Shown piece by piece: positions 45,301 to 61,061 of a DNA stretch of 64,000 bases. Made by a program: the position numbers and the translations under genes. The notes beneath the pieces were generated by a model, which saw only the letters and a program-made list of their open reading frames with translations, did no database searches and was not told the origin of the DNA. The stretch comes from the human T2T-CHM13v2.0 reference genome, Homo sapiens: the NCBI RefSeq assembly GCF_009914755.1, contig NC_060925.1; one strand, given 5' to 3'. How positions within the stretch are numbered: position 1 is the first letter of the stretch; every line of letters begins with the position of its first letter.

Positions 45301-47453
45301 TGGAATCGAAAGGAATCATTGAATGGAATCGAATGGAATCATCATCAGATGGAAATGAATGGAATCATCATAGAATGGAATCGCATGGATTCATTGAATG
45401 GAATCAGATGGAATCATCGAATGGACTTGAATGGAATCGTTGAATGGACTCGAATGGAATCATTATTGAATGGAATTGAATAGAATCATAGAATGGTCTC
45501 GAATGGAATCATTATCAAATGAAGTCGAATGGAATCACCGAATAGAATCGAATGGAACAATCATCGAATGGACTCAAATGGAATTATCCTCAAATGGAAT
45601 CAAATGGATTTATCGAATGCAATCGAATGGAATTATCGAATGCAATCGAATAGAATCATCGAATGGACTCGAATGGAATCATCGAGTGGAATGCAATGGA
45701 TTAATCCATGGACTCGAATTCAATCACCATCGAATACAATCGAATGGAGTCATCAAATCGACTCAAATGGAATAATCATTGAATGGAATCGAATGGAATC
45801 ATCGAGTGGAATCGAATGGAATAATGATCAAATGGAATCGAATGTAATCATCATCAAATGGAATCAAAAATAAACATCATCAATTGGTATTGAATGGAAT
45901 TGTCATCAAATGGAATTCAAAGGAATCATCATCAAATGGAACCGAATGGAATCCTCATTGAATGGAAATGAAAGGGGTCATCATCTAATGGAATCGCATG
46001 GAATCATCATCAAATGGAATCGAATGGAATCATCATCAAATGGAATCTAATGGAATCATTGAACGGAATTGAATGGAATCGTGTTCGAATGAATTGAATG
46101 CAATCAACGAATGGTCTCGAATGGAACCACCTCCAAATGGAATGGAATGGAATCATCGCATAGAATCGAATTTAATTATAATCGAATGGACTCGAATGGA
46201 ATCAACATCAAACGGAATCAAACGGAATTATCGAATGGAATCGAAGAGAATCATCGAAGGGACTCGAATGGAATCATCTAATGGAATGGAATGGAAGAAT
46301 CCATGGTCTCGAATGCAATCATCATCGAATGGAATCGAATGGAATCATTGAATGGACTCGAAAGGAATAATCATTGAATGGAATCGAATGGAATCATCAT
46401 CGGATGGAAACGAGTGGAATCATCAAATGGAATCAGATGGAATCATCATCAAATGGAATCGAATAGAATTATGGAATGAAATCCATTGTGATCATCATCG
46501 AATGGACTCGAATGGAATCATCATCCAATGGAAACTAATGGAATCAACATCGAATGGAATCGAATGGAAATTCCATCGAATTGAAACGAATGGAATTATC
46601 ATGAAATTGAAATGGCTGGAATCATCATCGAATGGATTCGAATGGAATCATCGAATAAAATTGATTGAAATCATCATCAAATGGAATCGAATGGAATCAT
46701 TGAATGGAATCGAATGGAATCATCATCAGATGGAAATGAATGGAATCATCATAGAATGGAATCGAGTGGATTCATTGAATGGAATCAGATGGAATCATCG
46801 AATGGACTTGAATGGAATCATTGAATGGACTCGAATGGAATCATTATTGAATGGAATTGAATGGAATCATCGAATGGTCTCGAATGGAATCATTATCAAA
46901 TGGAATCGAATGGAATCACCGAATAGAATCGAATGGAACAATCATCGAATGGACTCAAATGGAATTATCCTCAAATGGAATCGAATGGATTTATCGAATG
47001 CAATCGAATGGAATTATCGAATGCAATCGAATACAATCATCGAATGGACTCGAATGGAATCATCGAGTGGAATGCAATGGATTAATCCATGGACTCGAAT
47101 TCAATCACCATCGAATACAATCGAATGGAGTCATCAAATCGACTCAAATGGAATAATCATTGAATGGAATCGAATGGAATCATCGAGTGGAATCGAATGG
47201 AATCATGATCAAATGGAATCGAATGTAATCATCATCAAATGGAATCAAAAATAAACATCATCAATTGGTATTGAATGGAATTGTCATCAAATGGAATTCA
47301 AAGGAATCATCATCAAATGGAACCGAATGGAATCCTCATTGAATGGAAATGAAAGGAGTCATCATCTAATGGAATCGCATGGAATCATCATCAAATGGAA
47401 TCGAATGGAATCATCATCAAATGGAATCTAATGGAATCATTGAACGGAATTGA

Positions 47454-50400
47454 ATGGAATCGTCATCGAATGAATTGAATGCAATCAACGAATGGTCTCG
47501 AATGGAACCACCTCCAAATGGAAAGTAATGGAATCATCGCATAGAATCGAATGGAATTATCATTGAATGGACTCGAATGGAATCAACATCAAACGGAATC
47601 AAACGGAATTATCGAATGGAATCGAAGAGAATCATCGAATGGACTCGAATGGAATCATCTAATGAAATGGAATGGAAGAATCCATGGTCTCAAATGCAAT
47701 CATCATCGAATGGAATCGAATGGAATCATCGAATGGACTCGAATGGAATAATCATTGAACGGAATCGAATGGAATCATCATCGGATGGAAACGAATGGAA
47801 TCATCAAATGGAATCAGATGGAATCATCATCAAATGGAATCGAATAGAATTATGGAATGAAATCCATTGTGATCATCATCGAATGGACTCGAATGGAATC
47901 ATCATCCAATGGAAACTAATGGAATCAACATCGAATGGAATCGAATGGAAATTCCATCGAATTGAAACGAATGGAATTATGAAATTGAAAAGGATGGACT
48001 CATCATCGAATGGATTCGAATGGCATCATCGAATGAAATTGATTGAAATCATCATCAAATGGAATCGAATGGAATCATTCAATGGAATCGAATGGAATCA
48101 TCATCAGATGGAAATGAATGGAATCATCATAGAATGGAATCGAATGGATTCATTGAATGGAATCAGATGGAATCATCGAATGGACTTGAAAGGAATCATT
48201 GAATGGACTCGAATGGAATCATTATTGAATGGAATTGAATGGAATCATCGAATGGTCTCGAATGGAATCATTATCAAATGGAATCGAATGGAATCACCGA
48301 ATAGAATCGAATGGAACAATCATTGAATGGACTCAAATGGAATTATCCTCAAATGGAATCGAATGGAATTATCGAATGCAATCGAATGGAATAATCGAAT
48401 GCAATCGAATAGAATCATCGAATGGACTTGAAAGGAATCATTGATTGAAATGGAATGGAATAGTCAATGAACTCGAATGGAATCATCATTGAATGGAATC
48501 ATCGAGTGGAATCGAATGGAATCATGATCAAATGGAATCGAAAGTAATCATCATCAAATGGAATCAAAATAACCATCATCAATTGGTATTGAATGGAAAT
48601 GTCATCAAACGGAATTCAAAGGAATCATCACCAAATGGAACCGAATGGAATCCTCATTGAATGGAAATGAAAGGAGTCATCATCTAATGGAATCGCATGG
48701 AATCATCATCAAATGGAATCGAATGGAATCATCATCAAATGGAATCTAATGGAATCATTGAACGGAATTGAATGGAATCGTTATCGAATGAATTGAATGC
48801 AATCAACGAATGGTCTCGAATGGAACAACCTCCAAATGGAATGGAATGGAATCATCGCATAGAATCGAATGGAATTATCATCGAATGGACTCGAATGGAA
48901 TCAACATCAAACGGAATCAAACGGAATTATCGAATGGAATCGAAGAGAATCATCGAACGGGCTCGAATGGATTCATCTAATGGAATGGAATGGAAGAATC
49001 CATGGACTCGAATGCAATCATCATCGAATGGAATCGAATGGAATCATCGAATGGACTCGAATGGAATAATGATTGAACGGAATCGAATGGAATCATCATC
49101 GGATGGAAACGAATGGAATCATCATCGAATGGAATCGAATGGGATCATCAAAAGGAATCAGATGGAATCATCATCAAATGGAATCGAATGGAATTATGGA
49201 ATGAAATTCAATGTGATCATCATTGAATGGACTCGAATGGAATCATCATCCAATGGAAAGTAATGGAATCAACATCGAATGGAATCGAATGGAAACACCA
49301 TCGAATTGAAACGAATGGAATGATCATGAAATTGAAATGGATGGACTCATCATCGAATGGATTCGTATGGAATCATCGAATGAAATTGATTGAAATCATC
49401 ATCAAATGGAATCGAATGGAATCATTGAATGGAATCGAATGGAATCATCATCAGATGGAAATGAATGGAATCATCATAGAAGGGAATCGCATGGATTCAT
49501 TGAATGGAATCAGATGGAATCATCGAATGGACTTGAATGGAATCGTTGAATGGACTCGAATGGAATCATTATTGAATGGAATTGAATAGAATCATCGAAT
49601 GGTCTCGAATGGAATCATTATCAAATGAAGTCGAATGGAATCACCGAATAGAATCGAATGGAACAATCATCGAATGGACTCAAATGGAATTATCCTCAAA
49701 TGGAATCAAATGGATTTATCGAATGCAATCGAATGGAATTATCGAATGCAATCGAATAGAATCATCGAATGGACTCGAATGGAATCATCGAATGGAATGC
49801 AATGGATTAATCCATGGACTCGAATTCAATCACCATCGAATACAATCGAATGGAGTCATCGAATCGACTCAAATGGAATAATCATTGAATGGAATCGAAT
49901 GGAATCATCGAGTGGAATCGAATGGAATCATGATCAAATGGAATCGAACGTAATCATCATCAAATGGAATCAAAAATAAACATCATCAATTGGTATTGAA
50001 TGGAATTGTCATCAAATGGAATTCAAAGGAATCATTATCAAATGGAACCGATTGGAATCCTCATTGAATGGAAATGAAAGGAGTCATCATCTAATGGAAT
50101 CACATGGAATCATCATCAAATGGAATCGAATGGAATCATCATCAAATGGAATCTAATGGAATCATTGAACGGAATTGAATGGAATCGTCATCGAATGAAT
50201 TGAATGCAATCAACGAATGGTCTCGAAGGAACCACCTCTAAATGGAAAGGAATGGAATCATCGCATAGAATCGAATGGAATTATCGTTGAATGGACTCGA
50301 ATGGAATCAACATCAAACAGAATCAAACGGAATTATCGAATGGAATCGAAGAGAATCATCGAATGGACTCGAATGGAATCATCTAATGGAATGGAATGGA

Positions 50401-53400
50401 AGAATCTATGGTCTCGAATGCAATCATCATCGAATGGAATCGAATGGAATCATAGAATGGACTCGAATGGAATAATCATTGAACGGAATCGAATGGAATC
50501 ACCATCGGATGGAAACGAATGGAATCATCAAATGGAATCAGATGGAATCATCATCAAATGGAATCGAATACAATTATGGAATGAAATCCATTGTGATCAT
50601 CATTGAATGGACTCGAATGGAATCATAATCCAATGGAAACTAATGGAATCAGCATCGAATGGAATCGAATGGAAACTCCATCGAATTGAAACGAATGGAA
50701 TTATCATGAAATTGAAATGGATGGAATCATCATCGAATGGATTCGAATGGAATCATCGAATGAAATTGATTGAAATCATCATCAAATGGAATCGAATGGA
50801 ATCATTGAATGGAATCGAATGGAATCATCATCAAATGGAAATGAATGGAATCATCATAGAATGGAATCGAATGGATTCATTGAATGGAATCAGATGGAAT
50901 CATCGAAAGGACTTGAATGGAATCATTGAATGGACTCGAATGGAATCATTATGGAATGGAATTGAATGGAATCATCGAATGGTCTCGAATGGAATCATTA
51001 TCAAATGGAATCGAATGGAATCACCGAATAGAATCGAATGGAACAATCATCGAATGGACTCAAATGCAATTATCCTCAAATGGAATCGAATGGAATTATC
51101 GAATGCAATCGAATGGAATAATCGAATGCAATCGAATAGAATCATCGAATGGACTTGAAAGGAATCATCGATTGAAATGGAATGGAATAGTCAATGAACT
51201 CGAATGGAATCATCATTGAATGGAATCATCGAGTGTAATCGAATGGAATCATGATCAAATGGAATCGAAAGTAATCATCATCAAATAGAATCAAAATAAC
51301 CATCATCAATTGGTATTGAATGGAATTGTTATCAAACGGAATTCAAAGGAATCATCATCAAATGGAACCGAATGGAATCCTCATTGAATGGAAATGAAAG
51401 GAGTCATCCTCTAATGGAATCGCATGGAATCATCATCAAATGGAATCGCATGGAATCATCATCAAATGGAATCTAATGGAATCATTGAACGGAATTGAAT
51501 GGAATCGTCATCGAATGAATTGAATGCAATCAACGAATGGTCTCGAATGGAACCATCTCCAAATGGAATGGAATGGAATCATCGCATAGAATCGAATGGA
51601 ATTATCATCGAATGGACTCGAATGGAATCAACATCTAACGAAATCAAACGGAATTATCGAATGGAATCGAAGAGAATCATCGAACGGACTCGAATGGAAT
51701 CATCTAATGGAATGGAATGGAAGAATTCATGGACTCGAATGCAATCATCATCGAATGGAATCGAATGGAATCATCGAATGGACTCGAATGGAATAATCAT
51801 TGAACGGAATCGAATGGAATCATCATCGGATGGAAACGAATGGAATCATCATCGAATGGAATCGAATGGGATCATCAAATGGAATCAGATGGAATCATCA
51901 TCAAATGGAATCGAATAGAATTATGGAATGAAATCCAATGTGATCATCATTGAATGGACTCGAATGGAATCATCATCCAATGGAAACTAATGGAATCAAC
52001 ATCGAATGGAATCGAATGGAAACACCATCGAATTGAAACGAATGGAATTATCATGAAATTGAAATGGATGGACTCATCATCGAATGGATTCGAATGGAAT
52101 CATCGAATGAAATTGATTGAAATCATCATCAAATGGAATCGAAAGGAATCATTGAATGGAATCGAATGGAATCATCATCAGATGGAAATGAATGGAATCA
52201 TCATAGAATGGAATTGCATGGATTCATTGAATGGAATCAGAAGGAATCATCGAATGGACTTGAATGGAATCGTTGAATGGACTCGAATGTAATCATTATT
52301 GAATGGAATTGAATAGAATCATCGAATGGTCTCGAATGGAATCATTATCAAATGAAGTGGAATGGAATCACCGAATAGAATCGAATGGAACAATCATCGA
52401 ATGGACTCAAATGGAATTATCCTCAAATGGAATCAAATGGATTCATCGAATGCAATCGAATTTAATTATCGAATGCAATCGAATAGAATCATCGAATGGA
52501 CTCGAATGGAATCATCGAGTGGAATGCAATGGATTAATCCATGGAATCGAATTCAATCACCATCGAATACAATCGAATGGAGTCATCGAATCGACTCAAA
52601 TGGAATAATCATTGAATGGAATCGAATGGAATCATCTAGTGGAATCGAATGGAATCATGATCAAATGGAATCGAATATAATCATCATCAAATGGAATCAA
52701 AAATAAACATCATAAATTGGTATTGAATGGAATTGTCATCAAATGGAATTCAAAGGAATCATCATCAAATGGAACCGAATGGAATCCTCATTGAATGGAA
52801 ATGAAAGGAGTCATCATCTAATGGAATCGCATGGAATCATCATCAAATGGAATCGAATGGAATCATCATCAAATGGAATCTAATGGAATCATTGAAGGGA
52901 ATTGAATGGAATCGTCATCGAATGAATTGAATGCAATCAACGAATGGTCTCGAATGGAACCACCTCCAAATGGAAAGTAATGGAATCATCGCATAGAATC
53001 GAATGGAATTATCATTGAATGGACTCGAATGGAATCAACATCAAACGGAATCAAACGGAATTATCGAATGGAATCGAAGAGAATCATCGAATGGACTCGA
53101 ATGGAATCATCTAATGAAATGGAATGGAAGAATCCATGGTCTCAAATGCAATCATCATCGAATGGAATCGAATGGAATCATCGAATGGACTCGAATGGAA
53201 TAATCATTGAACGGAATCGAATGGAATCATCATCGGATGGAAACGAATGGAATCATCAAATGGAATCAGATGGAATCATCATCAAATGGAATCGAATAGA
53301 ATTATGGAATGAAATCCATTGTGATCATCATCGAATGGACTCGAATGGAATCATCATCCAATGGAAACTAATGGAATCAACATCGAATGGAATCGAATGG

Positions 53401-56400
53401 AAACTCCATCGAATTGAAACGAATGGAATTATGAAATTGAAATGGATGGACTCATCATCGAATGGATTCGAATGGCATCATCGAATGAAATTGATTGAAA
53501 TCATCATCAAATGGAATCGAATGGAATCATTGAATGGAATCGAATGGAATCATCATCAGATGGAAATGAATGGAATCATCATAGAATGGAATCGAATGGA
53601 TTCATTGAATGGAATCAGATGGAATCATCGAATGGACTTGAAAGGAATCATTGAATGGACTCGAATGGAATCATTATTGAATGGAATTGAATGGAATCAT
53701 CGAATGGTCTCGAATGGAATCATTATCAAATGGAATCGAATGGAATCACCGAATAGAATCGAATGGAACAATCATTGAATGGACTCAAATGGAATTATCC
53801 TCAAATGGAATCGAATGGAATTATCGAATGCAATCGAATGGAATAATCGAATGCAATCGAATAGAATCATCGAATGGACTTGAAAGGAATCATCGATTGA
53901 AATGGAATGGAATAGTCAATGAACTCGAATGGAATCATCATTGAATGGAATCATCGAGTGGAATCGAATGGAATCATGATCAAATGGAATCGAAAGTAAT
54001 CATCATCAAATGGAATCAAAATAACCATCATCAATTGGTATTGAATGGAAATGTCATCAAACGGAATTCAAAGGAATCATCATCAAATGGAACCGAATGG
54101 AATCCTCATTGAATGGAAATGAAAGGAGTCATCATCTAATGGAATCGCATGGAATCATCATCAAATGGAATCGAATGGAATCATCATCAAATGGAATCTA
54201 ATGGAATCATTGAACGGAATTGAATGGAATCGTTATCGAATGAATTGAATGCAATCAACGAATGTTCTCGAATGGAACAACCTCCAAATGGAATGGAATG
54301 GAATCATCGCATAGAATCGAATGGAATTATCATCGAATGGACTCGAATGGAATCAACATCAAACGGAATCAAACGGAATTATCAAATGTTATCGAAGAGA
54401 ATCATCGAACGGGCTCGAATGGATTCATCTAATGGAATGGAATGGAAGAATCCATGGACTCGAATGCAATCATCATCGAATGGAATCGAATGGAATCATC
54501 GAATGGACTCGAATGGAATAATGATTGAACGGAATCGAATGGAATCATCACCGGATGGAAACGAATGGAATCATCATCGAATGGAATCGAATGGGATCAT
54601 CAAAAGGAATCAGATGGAATCATCATCAAATGGAATCGAATGGAATTATGGAATGAAATCCAATGTGATCATCATTGAATGGACTCGAATGGAATCATCA
54701 TCCAATGGGAAGTAATGGAATCAACATCGAATGGAATCGAATGGAAACACCATCGAATTGAAACGAATGGAATTATCATGAAATTGAAATGGATGGACTC
54801 ATCATCGAATGGATTCGAATGGAATCATCGAATGAAATTGATTGAAATCATCATCAAATGGAATCGAATGGAATCATTGAATGGAATCGAATGGAATCAT
54901 CATCAGATGGAAATGAATGGAATCATCATAGAAGGGAATCGCATGGATTCATTGAATGGAATCAGATGGAATCATCGAATGGACTTGAATGGAATCGTTG
55001 AATGGACTCGAATGGAATCATTATTGAATGGAATTGAATAGAATCATCGAATGGTCTCGAATGGAATCATTATCAAATGAAGTCGAATGGAATCACCGAA
55101 TAGAATCGAATGGAACAATCATCGAATGGACTCAAATGGAATTATCCTCAAATGGAATCAAATGGATTTATCGAATGCAATCGAATGGAATTATCGAATG
55201 CAATCGAATAGAATCATCGAATGGACTCGAATGGAATCATCGAATGGAATGCAATGGATTAATCCATGGACTCGAATTCAATCACCATCGAATACAATCG
55301 AATGGAGTCATCGAATCGACTCAAATGGAATAATCATTGAATGGAATCGAATGGAATCATCGAGTGGAATCGAATGGAATCATGATCAAATGGAATCGAA
55401 CGTAATCATCATCAAATGGAATCAAAAATAAACATCATCAATTGGTGTTGAATGGAATTGTCATCAAATGGAATTCAAAGGAATCATTATCAAATGGAAC
55501 CGATTGGAATCCTCATTGAATGGAAATGAAAGGAGTCATCATCTAATGGAATCACATGGAATCATCATCAAATGGAATCGAATGGAATCATCATCAAATG
55601 GAATCTAATGGAATCATTGAACGGAATTGAATGGAATCGTCATCGAATGAATTGAATGCAATCAACGAATGGTCTCGAAGGAACCATCTCTAAATGGAAA
55701 GGAATGGAATCATCGCATAGAATCGAATGGAATTATCGTTGAATGGACTCGAATGGAATCAACATCAAACAGAATCAAACGGAATTATCGAATGGAATCG
55801 AAGAGAATCATCGAATGGACTCGAATGGAATCATCTAATGGAATGGAATGGAAGAATCTATGGTCTCGAATGCAATCATCATCGAATGGAATCGAATGGA
55901 ATCATAGAATGGACTCGAATGGAATAATCATTGAACGGAATCGAATGGAATCACCATCGGATGGAAACGAATGGAATCATCAAATGGCATCAGATGGAAT
56001 CATCATCAAATGGAATCGAATACAATTATGGAATGAAATCCATTGTGATCATCATCGAATGGACTCGAATGGAATCATCATCCAATGGAAACTAATGGAA
56101 TCAGCATCGAATGGAATCGAATGGAAACTCCATCGAATTGAAACGAATGGAATTATCATGAAATTGAAATGGATGGAATCATTATCGAATGGATTCGAAT
56201 GGAATCATCGAATGAAATTGATTGAAATCATCATCAAATGGAATCGAATGGAATCATTGAATGGAATCGAATGGAATCATCATCAAATGGAAATGAATGG
56301 AATCATCATAGAATGGAATCGAATGGATTCATTGAATGGAATCAGATGGAATCATCGAATGGACTTGAATGGAATCATTGAATGGACTCGAATGGAATTA

Positions 56401-57860
56401 TTATGGAATGGAATTGAATGGAATCATCGAATGGTCTCGAATGGAATCATTATCAAATGGAATCGAATGGAATCACCGAATAGAATCGAATGGAACAATC
56501 ATCGAATGGACTCAAATGCAATTATCCTCAAATGGAATCGAATGGAATTATCGAATGCAATCGAATAGAATCATCGAATGGACTTGAAAGGAATCATCGA
56601 TTGAAATGGAATGGAATAGTCAATGAACTCGAATGGAATCATCATTGAATGGAATCATCGAGTGGAATCGAATGGAATCATGATCAAATGGAATCGAAAG
56701 TAATCATCATCAAATAGAATCAAAATAACCATCATCAATTGGTATTGAATGGAATTGTCATCAAACGGAATTCAAAGGAATCATCATCAAATGGAACCGA
56801 ATGGAATCCTCATTGAATGGAAATGAAAGGAGTCATCCTCTAATGGAATCGCATGGAATCATCATCAAATGGAATCGAATGGAATCATCATCAAATGGAA
56901 TCTAATGGAATCATTGAACGGAATTGAATGGAATCGTCATCGAATGAATTGAATGCAATCAACGAATGGTCTCGAATGGAACCATCTCCAAATGGAATGG
57001 AATGGAATCATCGCATAGAATCGAATGGAATTATCATCGAATGGACTCGAATGGAATCAACATCAAACGGAATCAAACGGAATTATCGAATGGAATCGAA
57101 GAGAATCATCGAACGGACTCGAATGGAATCATCTAATGGAATGGAATGGAAGAATTCATGGACTCGAATGCAATCATCATCGAATGGAATCGAATGGAAT
57201 CATCGAATGGACTCGAATGGAATAATCATTGAACGGAATCGAATGGAATCATCATCGGATGGAAACGAATGGAATCATCATCGAATGGAATCGAATGGGA
57301 TCATCAAATGGAATCAGATGGAATCATCATCAAATGGAATCGAATAGAATTATGGAATGAAATCCAATGTGATCATCATTGAATGGACTCGAATGGAATC
57401 ATCATCCAATGGAAACTAATGGAATCAACATCGAATGGAATCGAATGGAAACACCATCGAATTGAAACGAATGGAATTATCATGAAATTGAAATGGATGG
57501 ACTCATCATCGAATGGATTCGAATGGAATCATCGAATGAAATTGATTGAAATCATCATCAAATGGAATCGAAAGGAATCATTGAATGGAATCGAATGGAA
57601 TCATCATCAGATGGAAATGAATGGAATCATCATAGAATGGAATTGCATGGATTCATTGAATGGAATCAGATGGAATCATCGAATGGACTTGAATGGAATC
57701 GTTGAATGGACTCGAATGGAATCATTATTGAATGGAATTGAATAGAATCATCGAATGGTCTCGAATGGAATCATTATCAAATGAAGTCGAATGGAATCAC
57801 CGAATAGAATCGAATGGAACAATCATCGAATGGACTCAAATGGAATTATCCTCAAATGGA
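47454..57860 (+). repeat. Tandem duplication of a four-monomer block, period 5452 bp
   Basis: ORF and anchor pairs 47551/53003, 48772/54224 and 50217/55669 are all offset by 5452. Shared rare variants include gaaagtaatg, ggtctcaaatg, tggcatc, aatcgttatcg, gaacaacctcc, aataatgattg, ttatcgttg, gaatctatgg and caaatgcaatt. Confidence 0.9.
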
Positions 57861-60800
57861 ATCAAATGGATTTATCGAATGCAATCGAATGGAATAATCG
57901 AATGCAATCGAATAGAATCATCGAATGGACTCAAATGGAATCATCGAATGGAATGCAATGGATTAATCCATGGACTCGAATTCAATCACCATCGAATACA
58001 ATCGAATGGAGTCATCGAATCGACTCAAATGGAATAATCATTGAATGGAATCGAATGGAATCATCGAGTGGAATCGAATGGAATCATGATCAAATGGAAT
58101 CGAACGTAATCATCATCAAATGGAATCAAAAATAAACATCATCAATTGGTATTGAATGGAATTGTCATCAAATGGAATTCAAAGGAATCATCATCAAATG
58201 GAACCGATTGGAATCCTCATTGAATGGAAATGAAAGGAGTCATCATCTAATGGAATCACATGGAATCATCATCAAATGGAATCGAATGGAATCATCATCA
58301 AATGGAATCTAATGGAATCATTGAACGGAATTCAATGGAATCGTCATCGAATGAATTGAATGCAATCAACGAATGGTCTCGAAGGAACCACCTCCAAATG
58401 GAAAGGAATGGAATCATCGCATAGAATCGAATGGAATTATCATTGAATGGACTCGAATGGAATCAACATCAAACAGAATCAAACGGAATTATCGAATGGA
58501 ATCGAAGAGAATCATGGAATGGACTCGAATGGAATCATCTAATGCAATGGAATGGAAGAATCCATGGTCTCGAATGCAATCATCATCGAATGGAATCGAA
58601 TGGAGTCATAGAATGGACTCGAATGGAATAATCATTGAACGGAATCGAATGGAATCACCATCGGATGGAAACGAATGGAATCATCAAATGGAATCAGATG
58701 GAATCATCATCAAATGGAATCGAATACAATTATGGAATGAAATCCATTGTGATCATCATTGAATGGACTCGAATGGAATCATAATCCAATGGAAACTAAT
58801 GGAATCAGCATCGAATGGAATCGAATGGAAACTCCATCGAATTGAAACGAATGGAATTATCATGAAATTGAAATGGATGGAATCATCATCGAATGGATTC
58901 GAATGGAATCATCGAATGAAATTGATTGAAATCATCATCAAATGGAATCGAATGGAATCATTGAATGGAATCGAATGGAATCATCATCAAATGGAAATGA
59001 ATGGAATCATCATAGAATGGAATCGAATGGATTCATTGAATGGAATCAGATGGAATCATCGAATGGACTGGAATGGAATCATTGAATGGACTCGAATGGA
59101 ATCATTATGGAATGGAATTGAATGGAATCATCGAATGGTCTCGAATGGAATCATTATCAAATGGAATCGAATGGAATCACCGAATAGAATCGAATGGAAC
59201 AATCATCGAATGGACTCAAATGGAATTATCCTCAAAAGGAATCGAATGGAATTATCGAATGCAATCGAATGGAATAATCGAATGCAATCGAATAGAATCA
59301 TCGAATGGACTTGAAAGGAATCATCGATTGAAATGGAATGGAATAGTCAATGAACTCGAATGGAATCATCATTGAATGGAATCATCGAGTGGAATCGAAT
59401 GGAATCATGATCAAATGGAATCGAAAGTAATCATCATCAAATAGAATCAAAATAACCATCATCAATTGGTATTGAATGGAATTGTCATCAAACGGAATTC
59501 AAAGGAATCATCATCAAATGGAACCGAATGGAATCCTCATTGAATGGAAATGAAAGGAGTCATCCTCTAATGGAAGCGCATGGAATCATCATCAAATGGA
59601 ATCGAATGGAATCATCATCAAATGGAATCTAATGGAATCATTGAACGGAATTGAATGGAATCGTCATCGAATGAATTGAATGCAATCAACGAATGGTCTC
59701 GAATGGAACCATCTCCAAATGGAATGGAATGGAATCATCGCATAGAATCGAATGGAATTATCATCGAATGGACTCGAATGGAATCAACATCAAACGGAAT
59801 CAAACGGAATTATCGAATGGAATCGAAGAGAATCATCGAACGGACTCGAATGGAATCATCTAATGGAATGGAATGGAAGAATTCATGGACTCGAATGCAA
59901 TCATCATCGAATAGAATCGAATGGAATCATCGAATGGACTCGAATGGAATAATCATTGAACGGAATCGAATGGAATCATCATCGGATGGAAACGAATGGA
60001 ATCATCATCGAATGGAATCGAATGGGATCATCAAATGGAATCAGATGGAATCATCATCAAATGGAATCGAATAGAATTATGGAATGAAATCCAATGTGAT
60101 CATCATTGAATGGACTCGAATGGAATCATCATCCAATGGAAACTAATGGAATCAACATCGAATGGAATCGAATGGAAACACCATCGAATTGAAACGAATG
60201 GAATTATCATGAAATTGAAATGGATGGACTCATCATCGAATGGATTCGAATGGAATCATCGAATGAAATTGATTGAAATCATCATCAAATGGAATCGAAA
60301 GGAATCATTGAATGGAATCGAATGGAATCATCATCAGATGGAAATGAATGGAATCATCATAGAATGGAATTGCATGGATTCATTGAATGGAATCAGATGG
60401 AATCATCGAATGGACTTGAATGGAATCGTTGAATGGACTCGAATGGAATCATTATTGAATGGAATTGAATAGAATCATCGAATGGTCTCGAATGGAATCA
60501 TTATCAAATGAAGTCGAATGGAATCACCGAATAGAATCGAATGGAACAATCATCGAATGGACTCAAATGGAATTATCCTCAAATGGAATCAAATGGATTC
60601 ATCGAATGGAATCGAATTTAATTATCGAATGCAATCGAATAGAATCATCGAATGGACTCGAATGGAATCATCGAATGGAATGCAATGGATTAATCCATGG
60701 ACTCGAATTCAATCACCATCGAATACAATCGAATGGAGTCATCGAATCGACTCAAATGGAATAATCATTGAATGGAATCGAATGGAATCATCGAGTGGAA

Positions 60801-61061
60801 TCGAATGGAATCATGATCAAATGGAATCGAATATAATCATCATCAAATGGAATAAAAAATAAACATCATCAATTGGTATTGAATGGAATTGTCATCAAAT
60901 GGAATTCAAAGGAATCATCATCAAATGGAACCGAATGGAATCCTCATTGAATGGAAATGAAAGGAGTCATCATCTAATGGAATCGCATGGAATCATCATC
61001 AAATGGAATCGAATGGAATCATCTTCAAATGGAATCTAATGGAATCATTGAACGGAATGGA
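47454..61061 (+). repeat. Strict S-L alternation: five ~2.73-kb dimeric higher-order units
   Basis: Consecutive monomer lengths are 1318, 1407, 1320, 1407, 1318, 1407, 1297, 1407, 1320, 1407. Confidence 0.9.
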
